From: Sphagnum compactum
Taxonomy: Eukaryota
Assembly (NCBI GenBank): GCA_965153455.1
Contig: OZ234494.1
Span: 3,038,001-3,102,000 of the forward strand
Length of the DNA: 64,000 nt
Direction: 5' to 3'
Made by a program: the position numbers and the translations under genes. Below are positions 26,583 through 44,940 of the stretch, piece by piece (position 1 is the first letter of the stretch; each line of letters opens with the position of its first letter). The notes under the pieces were generated by a model that saw only the letters and a program-made list of their open reading frames with translations, was not told the origin of the DNA and searched no databases.

Positions 26583-29483
26583 CACTACTAGGAAATGCGT
26601 CCTAGTTCACTATGAGTTTCCCTAGATTTTTGAGTGAATTTGGACAATTATACTTAGTGAAATTGTTTAACCCCCTAGTGACCGAGGACCAATTGCTACG
26701 GACAATGACTTGTTTCATTAGTACCGAGTGAAACAAGGTTATTCTCAAGTGAAATACAAATTCACCAAACCATTCATTTGCTAGTTAATTAACTAACCAG
26801 TATGGAAATTAATTAAATTTTAATTATTTAATATATAATACTATTGATAATTTCATGATTTTTAAAGCCTATTATTTATTGACACGTCTCACTACCTACG
26901 CTAGGTTTTTAGGTAGGTAGGTAGGCAGGCCACGTAATCAACTTAGGCACCTAACCTAAGAATTCGATAGGAGAATATTCGGTCAACATACCATTGTTGA
27001 CCACACACAACACCATGCATGAGGTTTGATTCTTTGACCTTTGGAATGGGGGCAAACACTTTTACCATCAAACCACCCCACTTGTTGTGATAATATGTTA
27101 AATTATATTTTATTTATTAAATACTTCATTTTAAACATCACAAAAACATAAACTTTGAAACTTCATATCTTATTGATATTTTGTTCCAATGAAATGATTT
27201 GAGTTTATTTTTTAAAAATATTCAATAATGTACATAATTACATTTATTTCTTTTTGAAAGTTTAAAATCATTTGAACCAAAAAAAATTTGAATATCATTA
27301 TTCAATAACATTTCAATGACCATTCTTTTGAAAAAAAAAAAGTTTAGTAAATGGATTTCTTTTTGTTAATATAATATTATTACCTATATTAAATTACTTT
27401 CAATTATTATATGACTATTTTTTATTAATTTAAATTATTTCACCCTACATTATTTACGGCTATTTATGGTTATTCTAAATTATTTTTGGTTATTTTTGGC
27501 TATTTCACCCTAGGCTACTTTTGATTATTTTAAACTATTTTTGGCTATTTTAACTTATTTCACCTTAGGTTAATTTTAGCTATTGTAAGTTTTTTTGTTA
27601 TTTTATGTTTTTTTGGTTATTGTAGATTATTTCAATTTAAACTACTTGCAGTTATTATAAATTACTTTTGGTTATTTTAGGAAAATTTAAAATTCACACC
27701 CTTTCTTCGCGCGTCCAATTATATGCAAATTAAATTTGAGTGTGTCTGCCCCACCCCCTGTATTTTTAAAAATCCTCACCATCAAGATAAGCAAGGAGAG
27801 TCTATGGTCAATCAGGGCACAACTCAAGAACTTGTCCACAGAAGTAATTGAACTGATAGAGGAACATACTCTTAAAGTTTAATCTGCATAAAATCAAACG
27901 CGCGAAGGGTGTGAATTTAACCAAAAAAGGTGTGAATTAAAAAATTTCCTTATTTTAATTTATTTCACCTTAGGCTATTTTCAGCTATTTTAAGTTTTTT
28001 TGTCTATTCTATGTTATTTTTGGCTATTGTAAATTATTTCAATTTAGATTACTTGTAGCTATTATAAGTTACTTTTGGCTATTGAAAATTATTTCACCTT
28101 AAGTTATTTTCGTTTATTATAAATTATTTCACCTTAGATTTTTTTGGCGATCCTAAGCAATTATAATATATGGCTATTCATTGTTTTTTTATTAGTGTTA
28201 TTGGTATTATTAATGGCTATTGGTACCTATTCTATTTGTGCTTATTAATGATTTTTAGTGGTTATTTTAATTAATAATTATTGGTGATTATTTTATTAAT
28301 GGCCATTAGTAGTTATTATATTGGTGACTATTCGTGGTTATTCTATTGGTGGTTATTGGTGGCTATTATATGAATGATTATATTAATGGCTGCTGGTGGC
28401 TATTCTATTAATGATTATTTGTGATTAATGTATTAATGGCTATTGGTGGTTATTTTATTAATGGTTATTCATGACTGCTCTATTAATGGCTATTGATGGC
28501 TATTCTATTAATGGCTATTCATGATTAATGTATTAATGGGTATTGGTGGTTATTCTACTAATGGTTATTGGTGGCTATTCTATTAATGGTTGTTGGTGGT
28601 TATTCGCAATTAATCTATTAATGACTATTGGTGGTTATTATATTAATGGTTATTGGTGGCTATTCTATTAATGGCTGTTGGTGGTTATTCTATTAATGCT
28701 TATTAGTGATTATTCCGTTGTAAGCCATTGGTGGTTAATTTATTGGTGGTTATTGATGACTATTTTATTAATGGTTATTAATAGTTATTGTATTATAAGT
28801 TATTGTTGGTTATTATATGTCATATTACAACTATCGGTGACTATTGTATTATAAATTATTGTTTGATACTCTATGTTATAATATCATAGGCTATTGATAG
28901 TTATTATATTGTAGGGTATTTAAAATTATTTTTCATAGGTTATTATTTTCTATTCTAAGTTATTTTTACCTTAGGTCATTATATTTTGTTTCAGATTATT
29001 TTAAAGTTATTATGTTTAGGATAAAATAATTTATAATAACATTAAGTAAAATGACCTTGAATAATTTAAAGTATAACTTGAAATAACATATATTAATTTT
29101 AAATAATTTAAAAGCTTATAATAAATTAGTTAAGATACTTTAAGGTAAAATAACATATAATAATTTAGGGTACAATAATTTATAATAGCCTATAGAAGCA
29201 TAAATATAAATTAGAATAACTAAAGTAGCTTAAAATAATATAGGATATATCATAAAGTAACATAGATAGAATACTTTAAAAAACATAGAAATAAACCTAT
29301 TTGCTATAGTAAATTGTAATAGTGAATTATGTTAACTAGAAATGAAACATGATGTCTACATAGTGATATTATAATGAAATAATTTTCACTAGGTGAAATT
29401 AGTAAAATGCAATGAAGTTATTTCACTTTTAAGGCCCCATAGTGATTTAAGCTAGTAAATTACACTCCACTTTGGTAGTAGTG
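26583..29483. mobile_element. Non-autonomous CACTA (En/Spm) DNA transposon
   Basis: Termini CACTACTA...TAGTAGTG with a 3-bp TSD ATT on both sides (26580-26582 and 29484-29486). The interior is AT-rich with a ggctattggtggttattctattaat minisatellite and no ORF. Confidence 0.8.
27680..27949. mobile_element. 270-bp MITE nested in the CACTA element
   Basis: TIRs GGAAAATTTAAAATTCACACC and GGTGTGAATTAAAAAATTTCC, with an 8-bp TSD TTATTTTA on both sides. Confidence 0.8.
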
Positions 29484-30287
29484 ATTGTCAAATTTGGCTC
29501 AAACTTCATCTTCTTGTTGAGAGCGATCACTAGTTTGGATATATCACAAAATTGAGGGGAAAAAACCTTACATTGGATTCTTTTGTATGTTTCAAAATTG
29601 GAGAAATAAAAACCATTCAATTTTGAAATTTATTCAAATATTAGCTTCCTCTTCTATCTTATGACTACTTCCAGTTGTGGTTATACATTTTTTCAAATAA
29701 ATTTTTTTAGATTCTAATTATTTGAATTGTTTATAGGTGAGCTAACCCTTTTTCATTTCCTATTATATGTCTAATAACATTAGAATCAAAGTACCAAGAG
29801 GATGTTTTTTATTTCCCTTTTTTTCAAATAAATTTCAAATTGTCATAGCTTTGGTTTTTATTTTTTATTTCTTGAATTTGTTGTTAGTTTACTAAATTTG
29901 TAGACTTTAAAAATAAATAACAAATGCACTTAGCTTGGTGTTGGCATGATAGTTTGTGAAACTTGGAATCAAGCTCTTGAATCTTGGTTATTATCTTTTA
30001 AGCTTTGCATTCAGGTTCCCAATAGCTTTTATGTCACAATTCTATTTTTTAAATTTCAACTATTCAAGTTTTTCTTCTTGATTTTGGTATATATTAGTGG
30101 ACATCATGGTCTTGTTATTGAATTCCCAATACGTAACTAGTTATTAAACCCTCACTTTGTTGAATGCAAGCCAAGTAGCCACATTGACAATGATTGGTTA
30201 TTCCAATTTTTTACACACATAAGAAAAAAAAAATTGAAATTCTCAAGGGAAAAATTAATACTAATATTTAGTAGTCTCCTACATGTT

Positions 30288-31158
30288 AGGGCACATCTCA
30301 TCAAAATGACACATTGAGGTTTAAAAATGGTGTCTTAACTCACTTTTTGGTCAAAACCTATAACTAGGACCCAAAAGGATTGCTTTGGAAAATGACTGCA
30401 AGTTTTTTTTCCCAAAAATAACTTATACATGCAAATGAAATTTTGAATGAAATTTTTTGTAACTTTTTATAAAAAATATTCAAATTCTCCCCAATGCATC
30501 AAAAAAAAAATTGTTAATCATTATTGAATAAATATGAATATTTGAAAGTGTGTACAAATTGAATGTTTCATCTTGAAAAATGATCAAAATTTTAAGTTGT
30601 CACCAAAAATTGAATTTTCACATTCTTTAGTTTTATTAACTCTAAGGTATAACTTTTCTTAATACATCATGTACATTATAACCCATTTATATTTGGTAAA
30701 GGACTTTTGAACCTTTAAAATTTTGAAGCAATTTTGAAACATTAGTTTAATTTTTAAAGTTTTAGAATTCCACATTTTTAAAATTATGAATCTTTTTTTT
30801 GTGTGGTTAATATGTTCTTATCATCTACAGTTTTTTCAATGATTTTTTAAAAATTATATGAGTCCTTTTGATAGTCCTTTGCAAAATTGACTCCGTTTGA
30901 CACAATAGGTGTACATTTTCAATTTTTTAAAATTAAAACCAAAATTAAAACTTAAATCAAATGAATATTTACTCTAAGTTCCTTGACATTCATATGAGGG
31001 AAAAAGGATTAATGTGTTATGATACCTATGGTTTTAAATGGTAATTAAAAAATAAATGTGTGATTTTAATTGGTTATGTCTAACATCTGACGCCCTTTTT
31101 GACTCCTAGTTACATGTTTTGACCTTTTTCAATGATTCATTTTCATTGGTTGCGTTCC
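30288..31158. mobile_element. Decayed TIR-type non-autonomous element; a partial inverted copy lies at ~42880-43310
   Basis: Inverted subterminal motifs ggtcaaaacctataactagg and cctagttacatgttttgacc. The interior aatgtttcatcttgaaaaatgatcaaaatttt reappears as its reverse complement at ~43090-43125. Confidence 0.6.
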
Positions 31159-32280
31159 AAATTCTAATTATCTTTTCACCAAAACTTTTCTAATAAACAA
31201 CCAACTTATGGTACTTGATAAGTCAATTTTCATTTATGGGTTATAACCTATAATAATTATTAAACATCTTCATGAATTTGTATGCTTAGTTGAAAAACTT
31301 GCCCAATTATATTCATTTTTCTTTTGGTTGTTAAATGTTTATAACAAAGTCAATTTTAACATCCCCCCCCCCTCCCCAAACTCCCTCCAAAATCAATCTT
31401 GATATGCAATTCCTCAATTGATGAGCTTAAATTCCAAGTCTTTTAAATTAGGTAGATCTTATTCTTGTTAGTTAGTGTTTTGACCATTACAATTTTGTAT
31501 CATTTGAATAATGTTTGAAACAAGAATAATAACCAACATTAGTAGATTGCTAGAAGTTAACTCCATATGATTAGTTAATTTTTTCTCTAATCATTTCAAT
31601 ATATTTGGCATAATGACATTGTCTTCTTACTTTATTTTGACACAAGTCTTTTTAGCAACATCAACTTTTTAAACCCAATTTCTATCTTTTATTATTGGAA
31701 AATTGCCAACATTCATTGGGGTCAATAAAACTTACAATTAACTGAATTAGCATAGTGTCCTTAATATAAAGCTAAAGAGTAGGTCTACTCATCCCCCCTA
31801 TTTCTGCTCTAATAATTTGTATCACATCCAACATAAAAAGTGAACTAATTGTTTCCACAACCCATAAACACAAAAAATGAACATAGGTTGCCAAACTACT
31901 TAAATTCCACCACCAAAATGAATCATAACAATTATCCGTTAAAATGAATCATATTTTTATTGGACTTGATGGGGACCATTATATCATGTGGAAACTCACA
32001 AGGCCAAACTCATTTTCACTCTATTTTCAATATATTTAAAGGTTGCATTTCATTTAAAATATAATTTACATGCCATTCGACTCCTTTCAATGAACTTGTT
32101 GTAATCACATTCAAACATTTTTGGGTTCAAAAAACATAATAAACCTAATATATTTTCATCCATGAAGCACAACTTCAAGAAACATGACTCATCCATACAA
32201 TCATGTTAATTTAAGATTTGACATCAAAAACTTGTACACATATTTGTGCACCATGATAATCTACAACTAAATTGTTTTTG

Positions 32281-32860
32281 TCATCTTAGCCTTAATGTTG
32301 GAGACGGTTCCCAACGATTCTCTTGTCTACTTTCAAAAAGTCGATTATCACTACGCACAACTTGCATGATTGCTTGATTCAAGGTCGTGGGATGAGGCAT
32401 GGTCAACAAAAGGTCTTGCACATCTCCATGAAGTCCAAACTCAAATTGGCTCATGAGCACAACCTCGTCCCATGAAATGTCACATGCTAGTTGCTTAAAT
32501 TTAGAAACATACATAGAAGTTGGGCATGTTTTCCTTGGCAAAGAAGTCACAACTTGTTTGTTATTACATGTTATTTGTCTGAATTACTAAAAAAACATCA
32601 AATGTTTCAAGAAATGCTTCAAAATTGTTTAGAAAAAGAGATTGACATTCCAAAAGAGGTGTAAACCATGTTAAAGTTGTGCCTGATAATATGGTGCCAA
32701 TGAATCCAACTTCATTTTGGTCATTTGGATAATGGTGCTAATGAAGTTGGATGATGAAACATGTTTGTTTAACGAAACCTCGAGATTTTGAACGTGTGCC
32801 GTCAAACTTTTCTGGCAAGTTGATTTGTGGTTCCCTCGGAATGCTTCCAAACATTACCAA
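32281..32860 (-). pseudogene. Ty3/gypsy retrotransposon gag relic
   Basis: Interrupted reading EPQINLPEKFDGTRSKSRGF...LSGTTLTWFTPLLE...YVSKFKQLACDISWDEVVLMSQFEFGLHGDVQDLLLTMPHPTTLNQAIMQVVRSDNRL is typical of retrotransposon gag; it contains stops and a frameshift. Confidence 0.8.
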
Positions 32861-33671
32861 TGTTTGGTTTCCTTGTAAATGTGTAATGGATTCACAAATA
32901 AACTTATTTTCTTGTTACATATGCCTAAGGGCAACAAAAAAAGAAGTTGAAATGTGTTGATCCCTCATGACCTATAGATTAAACTTGATTAGATAAACCA
33001 ACAAGGAGTTTAAACAACATAGTGTAGACACTATTACTATATGAAAATGTTCTTGCATTTATGCAATTATTGATAGTCTAATTGTAGTAGTAGTAGTACT
33101 TTGCATTTCTTCCCACCCATTTTTTGGTTATAGCATGACCATTTTAACAATCATTCAAAATATGAACTTGAAAATTTATGCATTTTTTTAGTAATGACAC
33201 ATAAATGAATTAATGGATTTGCATCATGAAAAACATAAAAATCTAACATTATCACTACAAGATAATATGACTTGAACATCACTTTAACCAACACAATAAA
33301 TTGTTGTTAAAATTTATACAATAATCTACTAGGATTTATATATGCAATTGTTTGTGAAGGGAGGGACTTACGAGGAACACATCCATAGTGAATGAATTCA
33401 TAAATTTGAGCAATACTCAATTGAAAGCCTACAAGACATACAAAACTTGTTATGAAATAACTATTTTTGGCACACCAAATTGCCAATCACTTTATTGATT
33501 CAATTGTTACTTATGAAAAGTATAGGGTATTTCTACCAAGTTTGTAACAACATTTCTTTAACCTTTGAGTTGTGGTCATTTGACCATTACCCTCATATTG
33601 TTCTGCATTCATTTGAACAAAAATTCAAGAAAATCTTATCAAGTTTGATTTGTTAAATGAAAGTATAATAC

Positions 33672-33705
<34 letters not shown>

Positions 33706-35329
33706 CTAGTTTTCTTCAAATTCAACACAATAAAACATATGTATTTACTCCAATCTTATATTTCATGTAGTTTATAAAATAATTTTCATAGTTTCAATCT
33801 ATCATATTATGTTTGTGCACAAATTGAACTTCATGTAAGAACCTGTTGTCAAAAACACAATGCATAGATTTTTCTATTGGAAACAAGATAAATCTCTTTA
33901 GTTTGTTGCCAATAATGTGTATAGATTCATACATTGCAAATAGAGAGAAACCTTTATAATAAGTTGTAATAGGGCAAATATTAAGGTTTTGTAAATTGTA
34001 GTTCCCTTTTGGCAATGTTAGTGTTGTTTTGTGTTCAAATTGTGCAAACTAAGAACAATGAATCTAGTTGAAGAGAAAAGAAAAAAACAACTTTCTAGTG
34101 CAAACAAACAAAAAATATGCGAACTTGCCAAGAACGTAGAAAACTTTAATTAAAAAAACCTAGTTGACAAGATACACAAGCTAATAGCTAAGGAGCTCAT
34201 ACTCAATATAAATTGTCACATTAAAATAGGCAGAAATCACAATTTTCTTCAAGTCTAATAATGAGTAATAAAGCTTAAAATAACCCATGTAAAAAATTTC
34301 AACAATTGACACCTTTATTCTAGAATAAAAGTGTTATTTTGTAAGGTTTTTTTTTTGCCTATAGTTGCAATCTTGTAAGGGTTTATATGGAATGTGACTA
34401 AATACGTTTAAATCACAATTCGTTAGTGTCACAAAAAAAAAGTGGTCACCAACGGCATGATTATAAAGGGGGTTTACTGGACTTAGATTGGATTTTTCGT
34501 AAGTTGATCTAGTTTTTCAGTTGGTTGCATGATCATAACAACAAAACAAGATGTCACAAAGAAGTGGTTAACTCCCAAGTCCTATTCCAATATGGGTACT
34601 TTAAAATTGAACTCTCCACATGTTTCTTCATGATGTTAGTGCTTTTCTCCTCATTGCTTCCACTCTGTTTCAAACCCATAGTTTCATTAATGGCTTATAC
34701 TTGCAAAGCAATTTGTTATTTCAACCTCTTCACAATAACGAATGCTAATACATTGCCATTGATACAAAACCTTATACATAGGTTGCAAGGGTTGCACATG
34801 ACATGATGGGGTATGCACCAAAAGAATAGGTCTTTATCTCTTGCACCTTGCTGTTGTTTTGTGACAAGAAATGCTAAGAAGGAAAAAGAAGTCAACAAAT
34901 TCAAAGTCATTAGTGACAAGTTTGCTCTCATCCACATTGTGGAAAAAGAAGTCCTCACTAATGCATTTTTTGTTAGAGGTTGTTGCAAGGAGTTGATAAT
35001 AATATGACAAGTTTCCATCTCTTCCTCCATCATCCAAGTACACAAAAATCTTGAACTTATGTTCCATCTCTTTGTAGTTCCTTTGGAAAAACACCAGCAA
35101 AATGGTACACTTGCTCCAATTTAGAAAGCTGGACAAATGGAAATTATTGTGATTTTTCCATTTCAGGTTGCATGCAGCCAGTTCTTGAGCATTGCCAAAG
35201 AGTCAAGATCCAGCAATGTTTCTGAAGTCTTCTGTTCAAAACCTTTGTATGCTTGTATCCCAGATGCAAGCATCAGCCTAGATGGTCCGTAAATAGCTCC
35301 AGCACAATCACCTGCTGTCAAATTCACAG

Positions 35330-35500
35330 TATCAGATTCAACAGCTCTCAGATTCACAGATATCGGATTCCTGTGGCATGTGTTCTCTCCCATATCCACA
35401 TTACCATAAAAATCCACATGAATTCAGCAGTCTCACGAAGATGAGAGTGTCTGCCGCACAACTCATTTTTCTTGAGAAGTTGTGTACTCTGCCCTTGCAC
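35330..35500 (-). pseudogene. Possible PPR (E-motif junction) gene fragment
   Basis: Removing one T from the T5 run at ~35408-35412 joins KMSCAADTLIFVRLLNSCG to FYGNVDMGE. This resembles the PLS-class PPR consensus MP..PD...W..LL.AC..HGNVE.GE. Confidence 0.35.
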
Positions 35501-36134
35501 TTGCATCATCCCATGCTCACAAGCTTGCTCAAGAATTGAGCCAGTCCTGACTTGTCAATTATAGTTAGGCTAAGGAGTCCACAATTTGTTACATTCACTC
35601 CAAGGTAACAAATCCAAATTCAACTCATCAGCATTGGAATCCTCACTGCCTGTACTGGACCGGAAGCTAGAATGGCAACCAAGAATAGTATATTGACAAT
35701 TAGAAGATAGTCTCAACTCGCAATCAATTCACTCAGCAAACAATGTGTAATCATGCAGATTTTCTCAAGACGAGATGGCACTCAAGTATGCACTGACAAA
35801 CTATTTTCACCAACAACTGGTCTGATGGAACACTCCATGCTGTATAAATTAGCAGAAGGGTATGGCTTAACTGTATTATTGAAAACCTACAGGAAGGCTG
35901 CTGCACCTGTAACAATCAGCAGCATACTAGTACAATCCAGCAATCATGCCAAAGAAAGAGTCACATCATGACCGCAACCTGTATCAAAAAAAGATGACCC
36001 GTAATGTCTGGCAGCCTATTTCTAACTACCAAGAGCAAAAATCTAAGGCAAGTGTGCTAGTACAAGTTAAGCTGAGATGGAAACCCAGCTCTCTGCATTC
36101 TTGACACAAATTACAGACAAACTTGTGCAAGCCA

Positions 36135-40776
<4,642 letters not shown>

Positions 40777-43457
40777 CGCTACCAACCCGCTGGATCTCTC
40801 TCTCTCTCTCTCTCTCTTCAAATGCCCGCAGCCAGCCGCTTGTTGTTTTCCCCGGTGTTTTGTTTTGTTTTGTTTTTTTTTTTCTGTTCCGAGTTTCTCC
40901 CCCCCTCAGACTTCCACTACCCTACTGGAGTCCTCACCACTTTGGTGAGCACCACAAAGGCCACGGAAACCTAAGAAGCACGAGGAGGAGGATCCGCCGC
41001 AGTAGAGCGCCTGCTGCTGCTGCTACTGCTGCAGTACGCCAAGCTCCAAACTAGTGCTACAGTGGCCGAAGCTATGGAGGACAAGGCCGGCCAAACAGGA
41101 GCAACGATGGGGAAAAAAAGAACAAAACTAAGTTAGACAGGAAACACAGGGGGGAGGACGAATTCAAAGCGGTGGCAAGCTGCAAGCCCAGTCCGCATCT
41201 CAGCCGTCCTACCCGATGCTTGGACGGTCACGATCTGGTCTACCCGACAAAATAAAAACCACGGGCAGGACCACAACAAATAATAAAAACTCGAATATTT
41301 CCATTTGTTTGTTTATTAAACCATCTGACGATTCCGCCCTGTGGAACTTAACAGTAAAAAAGGACCTCCAAAATACCATACCAAGGACTTTTTAACACAA
41401 CTTTTGTCACTTTTTTGTACCTTAAAAAAATGGGAAATTTTTGGATTTTTTTTGGGGGGGGGGGTTTTTTCTTGGTGTACATTTGACAAATTTACCATTT
41501 TTGGGGGGAAAATTTTAATATTTTTGCCAAAAAAGTTATATAAAAAATTTGGGGAGGGGGGAGCAAAAAAACCCCTTGCTGATAGTCGGCAATTTTTTGT
41601 CAAAATATTTTAATTATTTGAGGGAAAAAAAAAGGGACCAACAACTCGAATTAGAGTTTATTTTTTTTCATTTATTATCTTTACTTTATCTTTATAAAGT
41701 TTAACTTTAAATGCACACAACTTGAACATGTGGATGATGCCAAAAGATCACTTGGAGAATTTGCATAATATCACATTCTTGTTGAAATAAATACATTTAT
41801 AATAGCCAATTTTTGTTGGCAAAAATTGAAATTATTATTTTTGAAAATGAAGTGATTTTGAAGGTTTTCCAATTGTCAAAAGTGAAAAAAATAACAATAA
41901 TAATCACTAGGTTTTCATAATTAGGTTTCATTGTGAAATTTGTAGCCAATAAATAGAAGGATGATTAAAGAATTGTATTTCATATTTTGTTCATAGCTAG
42001 ATTTGGCTTAATCTTTTTAAGGACGATCACCATTTTTTAATGTCTTCCTATGTATGATTGCCACCATATTTGTAATGTTTGATAATGTTTTTCATCAAAT
42101 TGTCACAAAATGTTTCCAAATCCTCCATTTGAACCTTCACGACTGAATGTCTAATTAACTAGCCCAAAGAAATATTTGTAATAGTCATGGCAAAGGCAAC
42201 CTCCTTTACAAAACTATCTATGATCAAACTTTGAATGAAATTTTGGATTATTTACTTAAATTATGCCTTAAATTGGAGTGAGCTTGTGTAAAAGCTTCAA
42301 TTTGCAAAAGATTGGTGGTCTTTTGATTACCAATAGGTGGTTCATTCTTCACGTGTCATATGTTTGTGATCACATGTTCAAAAGATGTTAGAACATATGA
42401 TTCGTAATTAGGTTTTCCTAAGATTCATCACATTTGTTTTGTTGTTAAGTTTTCAATTTGTGTGAAGTTTTGGAAGTCTCAATTTGACGTGTCCAATATA
42501 CATTTTTGGATTTATATTTCTTACTTGCCTTGGGTTATTTGCCTTTTTAATTTGTGTTCTTTGATTTGTTTTTTGTGATTTGTGTGTTCAATTTTTCAAT
42601 TTATGTGTGAATTTTTCAATTTATGTGAAGTTTTCAATTTCTTTGAATTCAAACTTGTGCTTAGCTTTGTTGCGTCCAAAATTGTTTATATGTGAAACTT
42701 TTTCCTTGTGATGACACGTACATGACATCCATTGAATTTTAAGTTTGGTCTTTCTTTCTTAAGCTTTATAGTGTTTGAAACACCTCTTACAAACACACAT
42801 CCTTGCCTTCGAACAATTTGTTTGAGTCTTTATGTGATAAATATTAAAAAAATCATTGAAAAAATATAGATGATAAGAACATATTAACCACATTAAAAAA
42901 ACACTCATAATTTAACAAATGTGGAATTCTACAACTTTAAAATTGCAAAAAAATGTTTCAAAATTATTTCAGAATTTCAAAGCTTCAAGAATACTTTACC
43001 ACATATAAATGAATTATAATGTACATGATGTATCAAAAAAAGTTATAGCTTAGAGTATAATAAAATTAAAAAATGTTTTTGGTGATGATTTAAAATTTTG
43101 ATCATTTTTCAAGATGAAACATTAAATCTATAAATAATGACTAACCAAAAAAACTTGATGCATTAGGAAAAATTGAAATATTTTTTAGAACAAGTTACAC
43201 AAAATTTCATTCAAAAATTCATTTACATGTAAAAGTTTTTTCTGGGAAAAAAGACTTGGAGTCCTTTTCCAAAATGATCCTTTTAACTCCTAGTTACAAG
43301 TTTTGACCCAAAGTCCGCTTATTTTTAATTAAATATTTGTAAAAATTTTAAAACATATTATTATAATTAAAAAATAATAATATATCTATCCAGAAAACCC
43401 ATTAGTCATCATATTAACTATAGTCACAAAACCATGACATCATATGTCATTTCAAAG

Positions 43458-43607
43458 CATTAGTAAAAAATTGTCTTTTGCAAATTATCTTATGCAACTA
43501 CACATGTCACATGCAACTAAAAAATAGTTGCATGCGACATTTTTTAGTTGCATAAGACACTTGTAGTTACATAAGACAAGTTGCAAAAGACAATTTTTCT
43601 TCTAGTG
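43458..43607. mobile_element. 150-bp palindromic MITE with CACTA-like ends
   Basis: Left arm cattagtaaaaaattgtcttttgcaaattatcttatgcaacta matches the reverse-complemented right arm cactagaagaaaaattgtcttttgcaacttgtcttatgtaacta. Confidence 0.7.
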
Positions 43608-44683
43608 ATATGGCCTTTGCAATTACATAAAATTTTTGTGACCAAATAGTTACAATTGTAGTCAAAAAAGACAATAGTCATTTCTTTGACGGATCAAAAA
43701 ACCCATAATGTGTTATTGCATTAACAACCTATATTATTTTTAAAAATCTCACCTATGTAATGACACGTGTCAATATGGTACTAGTTGAATTTAATGAAAC
43801 TACAAATAATATAAATATATGAATAATAAATATTTTAAAAATAATGTAACTTCACTACTTAGTTGTAAAACCGTCACAAAATGACGATGCATAAGCTGGT
43901 TTGCATGGATGAAAAGTTAATGTAATTCACATCTTTATGCGACTACCATTGCAACTTGGTGGCACGTATTGTCTTTTGTGATTAAAAATTTATGCTTGTT
44001 CAAGGCAACTAGACCTTGTAGTAAGTCGCATGTGATAATTTCAACTAAAAATAAATTTAAAATCCAATTGTTTATTTGCAAATTCCTTGTAGTGATATGC
44101 ATGATTATTTTCATTTTTCCTTTATTTGCAAAACCTTTATTAAAGTTGAAATGGAACTTTACATAACCCTTGCTTCACACACCTTTTTTGATAATTATTG
44201 GTGTATAACCACTATGTCCCAATTGTTCATCTACTAAACCCTTTGCAACCTTCATTAACAATATTTGGGGGTTAACTAATGTTTTTGGCCCATTAATCAT
44301 AATGTGTTATGTGGCCTTCATAGTGGGAGGGAAATCATGCTTACATGTAAGCATAAGATCCCTTCCATTTTCAAATAAAATATTTGTAAAAATTATCACC
44401 TCCTACACCTCATGATTTAAATATGTTTATGTTCATGATGACATAATTTGTTTCATGTTTTACAATGGCCAAAACCCATGGGTGGCAAACATTCTCAAAA
44501 TGTGAAGTTAGATGCACCTCTCACCTCATCCTAAGCCCTAAATGAACGAACGAAAAATTCATTGCAAAAATAAACTTGAACAAGAAGAAATACTAAGGGG
44601 CTTCCCTACCTAGGATAAACATAACCACAAAACCAACAAACAAGCCTAACCATCATTAAGTGGTTAATAACTCCACCTAACTT

Positions 44684-44940
44684 TCATGCTGTGAAATGAA
44701 TAAATAGTGTGATGAATACCCAATATTCTATCAAAAACTTCAATAATTCTATTATCATTTTGATATATCTCTTAATTTGTTGTTGAACATGTTGCCACTC
44801 AAGTCTATTGCATTTGATAAGATTGTCCCACATGACTCGCTTCAACTTGGCATCATGCCATTTAAAGTTATCAAACATCAAATCATTACTTTAAATCCAT
44901 ATGGTTGGAGAATAACACCCTTTATCAAGGACCATATATA
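44684..44940 (-). pseudogene. Degenerate LINE (L1-type) ORF2 C-terminal relic
   Basis: IWSLIKGVIL.../NDLMFDNFKWHDAKLKRVMWDNLIKCNRLEW resembles the W-x-IW-x-ERN-x2-VF...W motif downstream of the zf-RVT region in plant L1 elements; it is frameshifted. Confidence 0.45.
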
